NCBI GenBank assembly: GCA_003971905.1
Contig: RSEE01000003.1
Location: forward strand, 620,001-684,000
DNA length: 64,000 nt
Reading direction: 5' to 3'
Source: Moniliella sp. 'wahieum'
Lineage: Eukaryota
Under the pieces are notes generated by a model. The model was not told the DNA's origin. It did no database searches and saw nothing but the letters and a program-made list of their open reading frames with translations. A program made the translations under genes and the position numbers. This document shows positions 13,670 through 24,899 of this stretch, in pieces. Position 1 is the stretch's first letter. Every line of letters begins with the position of its first letter.

Positions 13670-14385
13670 TTTGGAAATGATGCCACTGCGAAACCCGTCT
13701 GGGTCAGTGGAGTAAAAATGCATATAAAACCCCCATCCATCTGATCCCGCTTTCCCCGAAGGACGTACGAGTGGTGATGCAAGCGGTCGTGCAAGTTGGA
13801 AAAGCAAACGCACAAGGAAAATGTGGTTGTAGCAGATCATTCGTAGCGCCGGGATGAGACGAGATATGGTTGGTCGGTCTGATGGAACACATTGGCCTGC
13901 CACGAGGCATGATCATGAGCGACTAGATTTCCTATTGATGGTACACGTTTTCCCCGTCGCATCTCTCGATGGAATTGGGTATTCCCCTGACTCACTTTCT
14001 GCCCTTGAGCTCCGGCCCGCCCACGCCCAGACTCGTCATTCCCTGAAAAGGGGTATGCAAAGTAGGTTTGAATAGTACGCATACACCTACACCAACCTAC
14101 CATGTTTGTTGTAACTACTTTTCGAGGCTCGTCCTTCGTCATTTTTGAGCTGGCCCGCGAAAGATGATCACATCAATTATCAATGGAAGGAATCGTCGCA
14201 TGGCGAATGCAAGGAAGAATACACGGTGGGTAATGGGCAGGCGGTACACTGTTCTGGGTCGAGAAGGGGGGGGGAAGAGGGTCCAGTGGGCCACAAGCCG
14301 TAGCAAAAAGCTCGGCCCATCACAGACGATGAACAAGAGAGAATGGAGGTGATCTTGGTGTCAAACGTGATCTTGGCGGTAAACG

Positions 14386-15399
14386 TTAATCGTTAACCTT
14401 AAGGAATGGGTCGGCCTCTTGCTGAGCCGCTGTGCGTTTGAACGCAACGATGCCCACAATCACACCACAGGCAAAGAATCCGACGGCGATCAGCAACCAG
14501 ATAAACCCGTGGCACTGTGGTGTACCTCCAAAGAGCTTGGCAAACGCAGATGCATCCGATTCGTTCACCTTGCGGAAGATGAGGTCGTCGCAGATGTCCC
14601 AGATACAGTAGAGACAGTTGTGGACCCCCTTCGCGAGTCAGATAGGTTAGTCGTGATGAGGATAAAAGTGCGAGTGAAGGAAAGGGAGGGAGAAAAGACG
14701 CACGATGAACAGAACAAAGAAACGCAGCGCTACCGAGTCCTTGATGAACCAGAAGGCTAGGAATACTGTGCAGAGTTAGTAGATGTGTTTCTAAAGGGAA
14801 AGGACGTACGGCCAACCCAGATCTGTCGCAGTAAAGAAGATAGTTCAAAGGATCAAAGAAGGCGAATCAGCTTCAGGCTGCAACAAAGCAGCATAGGGGT
14901 ATGTACACACAATAACTAAAAGCCAGGTGAACCAATCCCGCCGGGCCCACCACAGAGTGATGAGAAAGAAGACGCCCACGACAATAGAGGCGATCGATTT
15001 GGATGCCTTTTCATCGAATCCGCAAGCAATCAGGGCGGCACCAATAAAGGCACTCCCGGTATAGCCAGCTGGAAGAGTGAGGGCAGGGATGCCACCGCGC
15101 ATACGGGTCACACCACCTCGTAGGGGTCGAGCTCGATGCTCTCGATTTTGCACAAGTGAGCAGACCGACGGCGGCATGGGGAGAATCGTGGAACCCAACG
15201 GCCAGCAGACGGAAGGGGTAAAACACCAGTTGACAACCGGCAGCCAGCTCAGGAGCGCAATGGCGGCAATATAGCAGCAGGCCACGATCACCACCACTTT
15301 TTGGTCCGAAGTCAGGGAGGGCGAGGCGGTTGGTCGACGTGCTGCCGCTGCCGTCATTCCCCATGCGCGTGCAGAGGGAGGATGGTACAAGGCTGGCAT
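14386..15399 (-). CDS. Peptidase M50B-like membrane protein
   Basis: PFRLLAVGFH..HA, GGVTRMRGG, LPAGYTGSAFIG, SDASAFAKLFG, several TM segments. About three short GT..AG introns lie between ~14635 and 14905. Confidence 0.82.
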
Positions 15400-16706
15400 G
15401 GTCAATCTTCAAGGTGGGGCTCGCGCCAGTCAAGCCAGTGAGGGAAGGACGCTGTTAGGCGTGGGGCACTGGGTGCAGACGGTGGTGGAAGAGGGGAGAG
15501 GCAGGGGACGCACCCTCCGCAGTGACCGTATTCAACGTCTACTTTTGGGCCGGTGCTACTGTCCTGTGCTGCGCTGCGCCACTTGCGGTCCGACAGGTCA
15601 CACTGCGCCTGTGGCGTCCACAGCAGCTCAACCCTCCTGGCTGCCCTGTGCTGCGAGGGAAGGATCATTCGCGCAGATCATCGATCATCGATCACAGCGA
15701 TCACCCCTTTCTCAGGTGGGAGCCTGAGCATTTCGCATCATGCATCATGCATCACGCAGGGTGGGGCAGTATACTTGCCCCCCCCCCTTTTGAGCCAAAG
15801 GGTCTACTGTGTTCTGCGCCGCAAGCTTGTACTTGAAAGGGGCCGATTAGCTGTTGCTCCGACTATTGACGATTCCGGCCTACTTGGCAAGTTTTTCGTG
15901 GGTGCCCAATTGCGATTTCCGGTGGTTCCTAATTAACAGGTTACGCTCCGAGTTCCATCGCTCCACGCCACTGTTGCACGCATCGGTCCCTACTATTGGC
16001 AGGCCTCCTTCATTCCACCATCCATTCTTTCGGCATCAAGTCGATGACCTTGCTCTTGTTCTTGGTGCTCCCTCGGTTCGGAGCAATCTGACCTTCTAGA
16101 CTAGATCAGACGCCCTGTGAGGTTTTGACTTCACGAGACGGGGAAGAGATCCCTGTAAAGTGCAAGACGAGCTGGATCAGGCTCAAGACGAGAAGGAGAC
16201 CGAGGTGGAGTCGAGCTTGGTGAACACGCTCCTCAAGGAGCAAGCCTCTCTTTGGTCGAAGCGCGGTAAAGTAGTTAACATTTCTGTATTCTGGCGATTC
16301 TATGCCTGCATACCCCTTCGTGGTCCGCCCATCATGATGGAAGCGTTGCTCGTGAAAGCGATCCTTGGTCTAGTGCGAAGGTGAACGAGTTGTTTTGGTC
16401 AGGTGCTGGCAGTGGACCTGGACGATCCGGACATGTGCCAAAAGCCGACGTGAAACTCAGGTGGGGCGTGGCCTGGTGTGCTGGTTTCGGGCGTCACGCG
16501 CCACACCATGATGTGATGCATGATGCATGGTCGTTGAAAGTGGATTGCAATTTGATCGATGATGTGGGCCACCATTTGAACGTTTTAATTTCTTGAAGAA
16601 GGAAGGCGTTCGGAAGTTCAGAACACGGCTGGCTGAAGGCAGGTGGTAGCTTGCGAAGCTGCGCTTCTCCTTTGGCCACCACCAGTCCCTGATCGACCCG
16701 TACGCG

Positions 16707-18485
16707 ATGAGCGCTGCACAGTACGCTTGGCGCACCGGAAAGGCCTTTGGACTGGCCACCGGCGCACCCTCCTACGCTCCCGCTGGCGACTTTGCGGGCC
16801 AACGCTCGGTAAACGTTCAGTATGCGCCGGACGGGTCTGTTGTAGCCGCCGCCCTGCCCGATGCGGTGGCTATCTACTCTGCGGACGACAAGGATGCCGG
16901 GCAGTTGGTGCGCACGCTTCCTGTCAGTGGTGTGATTGACCTGGCCTTTTCCCCGCTGGGGAACTTTATCTCCACGTGGTCGCGTCCGGTCAAGACGGAC
17001 GATGGTGCTGGCCTGGTTCCCAACTTGATCATTTGGGAGGTCAAGTCGGGCAAGAAGGTGGGCGAGTTTGAACGCAAGACACAGGAGGGTGCCTTCTTTC
17101 AGTTCTCTTCCAATGAGACCTACTGTATTCGCCAAGTTACGAATGAGCTGCAGGTGTTTGACTGCGCCAGCTAGCTGAGGGGAGCGCCCCTGTGCCCCTC
17201 GGCAAGCTTCGTGTGGAGGGTTTGACGAGCTTTGCTCTGGGTCCCAGAAAAGCCCTCGCTTGCCGCGTTTGTGGGTGAGAAGAAGGGAAAGCCCGCGTCG
17301 GTGCGCGTGTTTACGTTGGTCTCCTGTCTGGACGGGAACAAGACGCCGGCCCCTGTCTCTCAAAAGACGTTTTTCAAGGCCGACAAGATCCAAATGAAGT
17401 GGAATGCGAGTGGGTCGGCACTCTTGTTTATGACCTCGACCGAGGTGGACAAGACGGGCCAATCCTACTATGGCGAAAACAACCTCTACATGATGACTTC
17501 GAGGGGCGAATTTGACTGCCGCGTTGGTCCTCGAGAAGGAAGGCCCGATCCATGACTTTACTTGGAGCCCTAATGGACGCGAATTTGTCGTCATCTACGG
17601 CTACATGCCAGCCAAGACTGTGTTGTTCTCGTACAAGGTCAACGTGATTGCCGAGCTGGGCGTGGCCCCGCGTAACTTTGTTGCCTTCAACCCGCAGGGC
17701 CGTTTCCTTCTCCTCGGTGGCTTTGGCAACTTGCACGGCACGGTTGACGTGTGGGATCGGGAAAACCTATCGCAAGGCAAGGTGTACACGTTTGAGGCGC
17801 CTGGCAGCTCGGTGTGCCAATGGTCGCCTGACGGTCTGTTCATCCTTACTGCTGTGCTCTCTCCCCGTCTGCGAGTGGACAACGGGGTGCGTCTCTGGCA
17901 CTGCACTGGCAAGCTGGTACACGTGGTTCCGGCCGAGGAACTGTACCAGGCCTCGTGGCGGCCAGCGCTTCCTGGGACTGAGCCGGCTTTCCCATCTGTT
18001 CTTCCGCCTGCGCCGGAGGCTTCGCCCTCGGCACAGGCAAGCCAGACATCCAAATCTGCTAAGCCGGCTGGAGCGGCCAAGGTTTACCGCCCACCGGGCG
18101 CCCGTGCGCTTGGCGGGGACGCGGGACCCACCTCGCTTTCCTCCTCATGGCGGCGTCCGGATTGGGAGACAGTGGGGCGTACGTGCCGCCATCGGCTCGC
18201 GGGGGACGCAAGACCGTTCCTGGTGCCCCTCCTGGAAGCGCTCCCAAGAAGGGTAAGAAGGACAAGGCGGCTCCTGCGCCTGCGCCGGTTGCTTCGGCGG
18301 GCGTAGCGGACGCCTCGGGATCGTTCAACAACTCGCTGGAGAAAAAGGTGCGGAACCTCAACAAGAAGCTCAAGGCGATCCAGGAGTTGAAGGACCGGCA
18401 GGCTCGCGGGGAACAGCTCGAGGCCAACCAGCTGCAGAAGATTGCAGGTGAGAAGGAGATCCGCGATGAGCTTGCGTCGCTTTGA
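16707..18485 (+). CDS. EIF2A: Eukaryotic translation initiation factor 2A
   Basis: FSPLGNFISTW, KTFFKAD, TGQSYYGENNLY, EKEGPIHDFTWSP, LLGGFGNL, SPRLRVDNG, C-terminal EKKVRNLNKKLKAIQELK..LEANQLQKI; frameshifted. Confidence 0.93.
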
Positions 18486-19727
18486 ACTCGCCCTTTAGGT
18501 GCAATGCATGTCCACGAGTAAACGGATGGATGGCGTAGGCTGTTCATCTCGATCATCTGAGGGCTGGTATAGCGGACCTGGGATTTAAGGTACTGAAGGT
18601 GAAGGTACTGAGTGTTGAGTCGAGCTGAACACCCGCGCTCTGGGGTCTGAAGACGAGGGGTCGGAGCGGGCCGTCATACTAGCGTCAAGCGACACGTGCA
18701 GCCGGTGTCAGGAAAAAGGTTGGTCGCGAGAAGTAGTCAGAGCCCGCTAGCTATCGGAAATAGTAAATGCCAAGCTGTCCCTGTCCGGGGATGTCCACGA
18801 GCTGCTTGCCCTGAGAGCACTGGAACAGGTGTGCGGAAATGTGTGGGCGCGTCGTTGGTCGCGTCGTGCCGCACTTTTCAGCATCCACAATTGACGGCCA
18901 GCACCAGAACGCACCACACATCCTCGCATTCAGCTATGGTCCGTAGACATCGAGGTCGCTCCCCCCTACCAACCACGGGAAAGATAGAAGATGAGTCTGA
19001 CGAGGATCAATTGACCATTGCTCACACACATGCGCCCATCACGTCCATACTTATCTGCTTTTGCTCCAGTATTATGCTATTGGAGACAAGTAACGGAATC
19101 CATAAAGGTCCTGGCTGCCAGTTGGTGATACCAAGGACGTCTCCTATTATTTGGTGGGCACCTTCCTACCGTGCTGTGCCATCATGCAGTATATATAGAG
19201 TGAAGCTTATAGCAGAGAGGTCCCACGCATGGGTCACGCTGTAGGGTGGGAGGGGGTGCTAGCATCTGAGTGTAATGGTGAGAGGCGACAGACCTACTCC
19301 GGCCAGACACACCATACAGTGAGTGATGTCACTCACCGCGCTTCCCCATGATCTTTCTGGAGGGAGCCAACCAACCCTTCTAGAACGTCGCTGCCGAGGA
19401 GCGCCTTCATCCAAATCCTCTCTCATCATCGATCATCCTCTCTCATCATTCTACCTCCGATCCTCACGCCTTGGGATAAAGCGAACCTAGTAGGAGGTCC
19501 AGTAGGCACCACCTCATTTGCGTGCTGGTGTTACAAACTATGCGCACCCAGCTATTCCTTCTGAACGATTGCACTCAAAAGATTTTCTGTGCAGACACGT
19601 AGGCTCACGAATTCAAAAGCCGTGGTGCATCTCAGTACATCCCGCAGGGCACAGCCCGGTGGTAGGTAATAGAAGACAGAGGAAAGTCGCAATACACTTC
19701 ACTTCAGACCAGCTGGAGAGTGAAAAG

Positions 19728-21060
19728 TTAATGGAAGTCGACCAGTCCTTGCCGGACAGTGTGGGTAAGGCTTGGCGCGTTGCCATTGTAGAAATGACCG
19801 AGACCCTGCATGACAGTGTTGATGTAACCGCCACTGCCCTTGTCTCCCGAAGTCTGGAAACCGTCGTCCGCATTGGGTCCGGCGAACCACGTGCCAAGTC
19901 CAGTAGCCATGTTGGCCTTGACACCAGAGTTGACAGAGATGCGACCACCGTTCTTGGCCTCCGAGGCGAGACGGGACCAGTCCCCGGGGTCTGCCGAGCC
20001 CGTCCGGGCCTCGTTCGACTGAATCCATTCAGCGACATGAATGTTGATCCAAGGGCGGAGCAAGTCCTGTTGGGTGAGCGACTGGAGGTCAATGGGCTTG
20101 TTGGTCTTGTAGTCGATCAAGGTGCCCATCTTGCCCTTGCCCAAGAAAAGGTGTTGGTCGTAGTGGCATGCTGCTGGAACAAAGTCAACTCTCCTGAACT
20201 TCCGCCCGGAGTGACCTGGAGAGCACCCCATGCCGTTCCGTCCACCATGTTGGCTTGGAAGTCCGACTCGGTCCGAATGTCCGCCATGATGGTACGGCAA
20301 ACCAGCTCGAGAGGCAGGTCGGGCCAGTACCGCTGCGCCGAGTCCCAAATTGCCTCGACATATTCGTCAAAGTGCGATTGAGCATTGTTCGTGTCCCCAA
20401 CCGCACTGAGGAAGCTGGTGAGATCAGACTTGAGTTGCTGCTTGCTGTATCCAGAGCTGGATCCCGAAGAGCCCGAAGAGCCCGAGGATCCCGCAGAGCC
20501 CGAAGAACCCGAAGAGCTGGAAGAACCCGAATCCGAGTCCGAAGAACCGGACCCGGAACCCCAACTCCGGCTGGAAGAGGAAGAAGACTTGGAGCCGCTC
20601 TTGTAGTGCAAATTACCTTTCAACGACGACGCACTGGCCGCGGCAGAGGCCGAATACGACGGTGCGTCCGAGCAGCTTCCGTCAGAAGATGCTTCGGAGC
20701 CCGATGAGGAATCCGAGCCAGCAGAGCCCGAGCCGGAAGAGCCCGAACCCCAACTGGAGCTGGAATCCGATCCCGAGTCGGAACCCGATGAAGGAGATCC
20801 GGTCGGAGCAGCAGACCCCGGGCCCGAACCAGCGGTGCCCGAGGGAATGAGGTGGTGGTGGATGGACCAGTGCTTGGAATGACGTTTCTTGAAGCGCATC
20901 CGACCGGGGGCGTCGACTTGCCACACGGGCTCAGGGACAGGCGCACGCGCCTGTTCAAACGCACGAGCAACGTGCATGTGGTTCCCCTTGACGAAGGAAG
21001 GTCGGCAGCGACCGGCGCTACCAATCCGACGGCGACAAGAATGTGCTTGAGGGCGACCAT
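19728..21060 (-). CDS. Secreted Ser/Gly-rich protein with C-terminal lysozyme-like (SLT/GH23 lytic transglycosylase-like) domain
   Basis: Signal peptide MVALKHILVAVGLVAPVAA, dibasic KKR, long S/G stalk, then ADIRTESDF, AWGALQVTP, DLLRPWINI, TWFAGP, GYINTV. Two frameshifts (~20995, ~20140). Confidence 0.75.
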
Positions 21061-22436
21061 GGTGAATATGAATAGGGTGGAGAGAAGGTGGCGAGCGGAG
21101 GTATCGTAAGGTTGAGGAGGTAGGGTAGGGGCAAGGACTAGACCGGCTAGTGGGAATCAGGGGACAGAGCCTGCTCTGTGAAGGTGTGGGTGGGTGGTGG
21201 TGGTGGTGGGGTGGGGGGAGACGCAGGAAGAGGGGGAAAGGAGGCAACTTTATACCACGGGGGAGAAGTATGGACCTACAAGTGTAGGGGCTGGGCGGGC
21301 ACACTGGGCGTATGCGACAGTAGGGATGCCAGCGTGGCGCAGTGGAGTAGTGTGTGCAGAACAGAGCAGGGCGCAGAGGGCCTGTGTGCTGTGGGATCTG
21401 TTTCCGCGTCTGGATTGTGGATGAGTACGATCGATGAGTACTCAGACGGAGTGCGGGGTAGGCGTTAGCTGCGTAGTTAGGCCGGGGACCTGGGCTTGCC
21501 TGTTTGGGGATGGCTTGGCTTGGCTTGGCCTGGCTGTCCTGCCCCTAGCAGGTACTGCGGACGGGGTGCTGGGCACGGCGCGAGTGTCATCGACCGCCGT
21601 CAAAGTGTTCTTTTTCTGACAGCATGTCTGCCTCCCTGTGCCCGCCTCCTGCCAGTGACGAGTGGCGGCGATGCAGGATGCATGCATGATGTGCTGCAAC
21701 GCAGCACGACACCTGAGACGAGACAGACCAGGGGCTTCCGGCGCCTCCGTCTCAGATCTCAGATCGCATGTGCCATGCCTGGTGGCGCTCTGCTTGCCCT
21801 TTGAGCACTTGGGCGCCAGCCTGCGCCAGCATGGAATGGAACGTGGACATGGAATGCCGGTGGTGGTGACCGGTGACTAGCTGACGACTAGCTGACTAGC
21901 CACTACTCAAGTTGAGTGCACTGCAGGGGGGTGAGTCATACGTGAAGGACTGACATTGACACTCTGCGAGGCCCTGGTTTGCCCAGCGCCAGGCGCCACA
22001 TATCGGGGACCAACACCACCGGGACAAATACGTCGACCCCGTTTCTTGGGTTGCATGTGCCGAAGCAAAAGAGATGGATCCAAACCAGCCACTGTGGGCA
22101 CTGGCCGTATCATACGCCCTTCCACCCTGCATCCACGTTGCTCAAGATTACTACTCGCTTTAGGCTTCAAGCCTCAGGATTGGCGAGTGGCAAGTAACCC
22201 ACCGGCTCCAATATAGTCTTCCCCAGCGGACAGCCCGCTAAGCCGTTTCCTGCAGCCGTTCCTTCAATCTGGCCGCATCGCCCGCCGTCATTCTCCCTTC
22301 CACACGCGCACCTATTGTCGCCCCCCCCCCCCCCCCCCCCAATCGCTATAGCTATGTACGCTCTTGCTGCCTCCATAGCATTGGTAACACGGGGGGGGCA
22401 ACGAAAAGAAAACATCGACCTCAGTGAAGCAAAAAA

Positions 22437-22516
22437 TGACCCCTACCGATTTGAACGGATGACCTTGAGGATACCAACAACTGGAATCTCACGCGCTACC
22501 GCTGCGCCAAGAGGCC
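22437..22516 (-). tRNA. tRNA-Trp(CCA) with short (~8-9 nt) intron
   Basis: Minus strand GGCCTCT TG GCGC AGCGGTA GCGC G TGAGA TT CCA G [TTGTTGGT] A TCCTCA AGGTC ATCCG TTCAAAT CGGT AGGGGTC A, followed by a T6 Pol III terminator. Small indels in the anticodon and T stems are likely sequencing errors. Confidence 0.85.
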
Positions 22517-23043
22517 AGAGACATCAATCGCAGTTTTCAATTTCATGTAAGGATCGTTCAGAAAGTTGATCTGTCGTCTCTCTGGATCACAGATTCACCT
22601 CAAGATGGGAGTACGACATGTTATCTCTGCTCATGCAAGCGGATGGCGAGCAGGCCAAATTGCCGGGATGCACTCAAGCCCACTTGGACTTATGACGCGG
22701 ACGACGCAACGTCACTCGGCCGTCAAGTCTGGTAACACGGCATTTGCCCAAAACAACTATATAGGGGAGGAATTCGGTCAATCTACCACCCACTTCACAC
22801 CTGTACAGGTCTCTAGCTTCAAGTCTCTTCAACAAGGTACCACAAGTTCATCTGCAAACTGATAACTCGACACAAAACTCTTAACTGAAGTGGCCATCAG
22901 TTCTGGTGGGCGTTTCACATGGATCTTTTAGGGCAGGCAACATGATGTTAACCAATCGTAAAGATGCGTCTCTATCCTGCATAGGAGTGCAGTCACTAGA
23001 GCAAGGAGCGAAGCATGGCCCACCGGAAAGTGATGCGTGCAGC

Positions 23044-23523
23044 TTATGAACGGGGCTCTTCTTCTCGCGGAAGAGCGCATAGAGGCCTGAGAGCAGGTGG
23101 TCAGCCCAATATGGTCAAAAAAAACAGAAACATATACATACCAACACCCGATACCTTGATGACGGAAACGGACACCGGGAATGTCACCCTTAGCCTTGCC
23201 CTTACGACCGAAACCCTCGATGAGCACTTCGTCGTTCTCGTCAACAAAGTTGAGGCAACCGTCGTGGGGCACGAAAGCGGCCACCTTCTTTCCGTTCTTG
23301 ATCAGCTGCACACGGACACACTTGCGAATAGCCGAGTTAGGCTGCTTGGCCTCGACACCGACCTTTTCAAGGACGATCCCCTTGGCCTGGGACGAACCAG
23401 CAGTAGGGAAGACTTGTAGAAGTTGCCAAGGGCGCGCTTCTTCCAAGCCTTGTCGGCCCACTTGTTCTCACGCCGTGTCGTGTGCAGCTTGCGCGCTGCG
23501 TTGAGGCCACTAGGTTTACCCAT
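23044..23523 (-). CDS. RPS23: 40S ribosomal protein S23 (uS12)
   Basis: [53 protein letters not shown]; intron 23087-23141. Confidence 0.97.
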
Positions 23524-24255
23524 GATGGCTACAAACCAGGTCATAGGTCAGTCACACGCTCCTCCTCTAGTCCATCGCAGGCATAAATCACCGCCGCCAA
23601 GGCCGCAGTATCGCAAACCCATTCCCAATCCTGTTGCTCACGCCGGGTACCCCCTGCGCGAAAAGAAACGAGGGGCAGGCTTCACACAGAAAGGTAGCAT
23701 GGACTGCCATGAGACTGGGCCGTAGGGCGGGTTAGGTGCGGCCTTAGAAACAGCACTTACAGATTTGGCCGGTGGTGAGCAGGCGCTTCCTCGGCAGGAG
23801 CTACGATTCGAAAGGAGAGCAATTTTAACCCTATTTGATTGCTCGGCGCTGCGGCACATTATTTATTTTGCCTTGCTGTACTGCGCCCATGCTTCCTGGT
23901 TGAAATGGTTGAAATGCAGTAATGCCAGCACAGGGGGAGTGTTGCAGCGCCGTGGTTTCCGCAACTGTCTACTACGGTGGCCAACTGCCTCAGGAAGGGC
24001 TGTCAGTTCGACGTTGCACCATCCACGCCAACACCATCGCACGGCTCTAGGTGTGTGCACGCTCTCTAGCGCCCGAATGTGCCTGCTAGATCTGCTGCGC
24101 TCTTGCGCGGTCCCTGGGGATGCTGGACCTGTGGCTGATGTACATTCGGCCCCGGTCCCCGCCCTGCGGCCATTATCCAGCGGGCAGACGGACCTGCATG
24201 CACTCTACTGATATTGGGATGGAATGCTTACCCTCTTTCTGGTTGTGCAGAAACA

Positions 24256-24664
24256 ATGGCGCGCATCTACAAGCCCGGGAAGGTTGCCCTCGTCCTCCAT
24301 GGACGCCAGGCCGGTAAGAAGGTCGTGTGATCAAGCAGCACGACGACGGGACCAAGGAGCGCCCTTACCCCATGTTCTGTTGCTGGGATTGAGCGCTACC
24401 CCCGCAAGGTTACCAAGGCCAGACGCGAAGAAGGTGTCGCGCCGCAGCAGCAAGGTCAAGCCCTTTGTCAAGGCCATCAACTACAACCACTTGATGCCCA
24501 CCCGTTACGCTCTCGAGCTCGAGGGCCTTAAGGGTGTTGTCACCGCTGACGCGCTCAAGGAGCCGGCCAGCAAGAAGGACTCGAAGAAGGCTGTCAAGAA
24601 GCTCTTCGAGGAGCGTTACCTGACTGGCAAGAACCGTTGGTTCTTTACGCCCCTGCGCTTCTAA
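24256..24664 (+). CDS. RPL27: 60S ribosomal protein L27 (eL27)
   Basis: MARIYKPGKVALVLHGRQAGKK, SKVKPFVKAINYNHLMPTRY, GKNRWFFTPLRF*; frameshifted near the 5' end. Confidence 0.96.
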
Positions 24665-24899
24665 GTGGCTTCTCTGGAATGATGCATCGGCTTGCCCACC
24701 CTCCTTTGGCATTGCACTGGGCTTCGTGCGGCGAGATGGAAGGAGCTTGAGTTTCCTCTTCCTTCATTGCGCGGCGTTTTTTTGCCCCATCGCACAGCAA
24801 CGCAGTGCAGCCTTGGCTGTACCTTCCTTCCTTGTCCTTAGGGACTAGGACACCCCCCAAAAGTGCATCATGGCTATGATCACCCACCTTGTTCAGTCC

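Noticed and set aside
15170..15200. Apparent loss of HExxH (reads HDSPH) in the M50B-like protein
   Set aside because: One deleted base and one inserted C convert it to HEFSH; most likely compensating indel errors.
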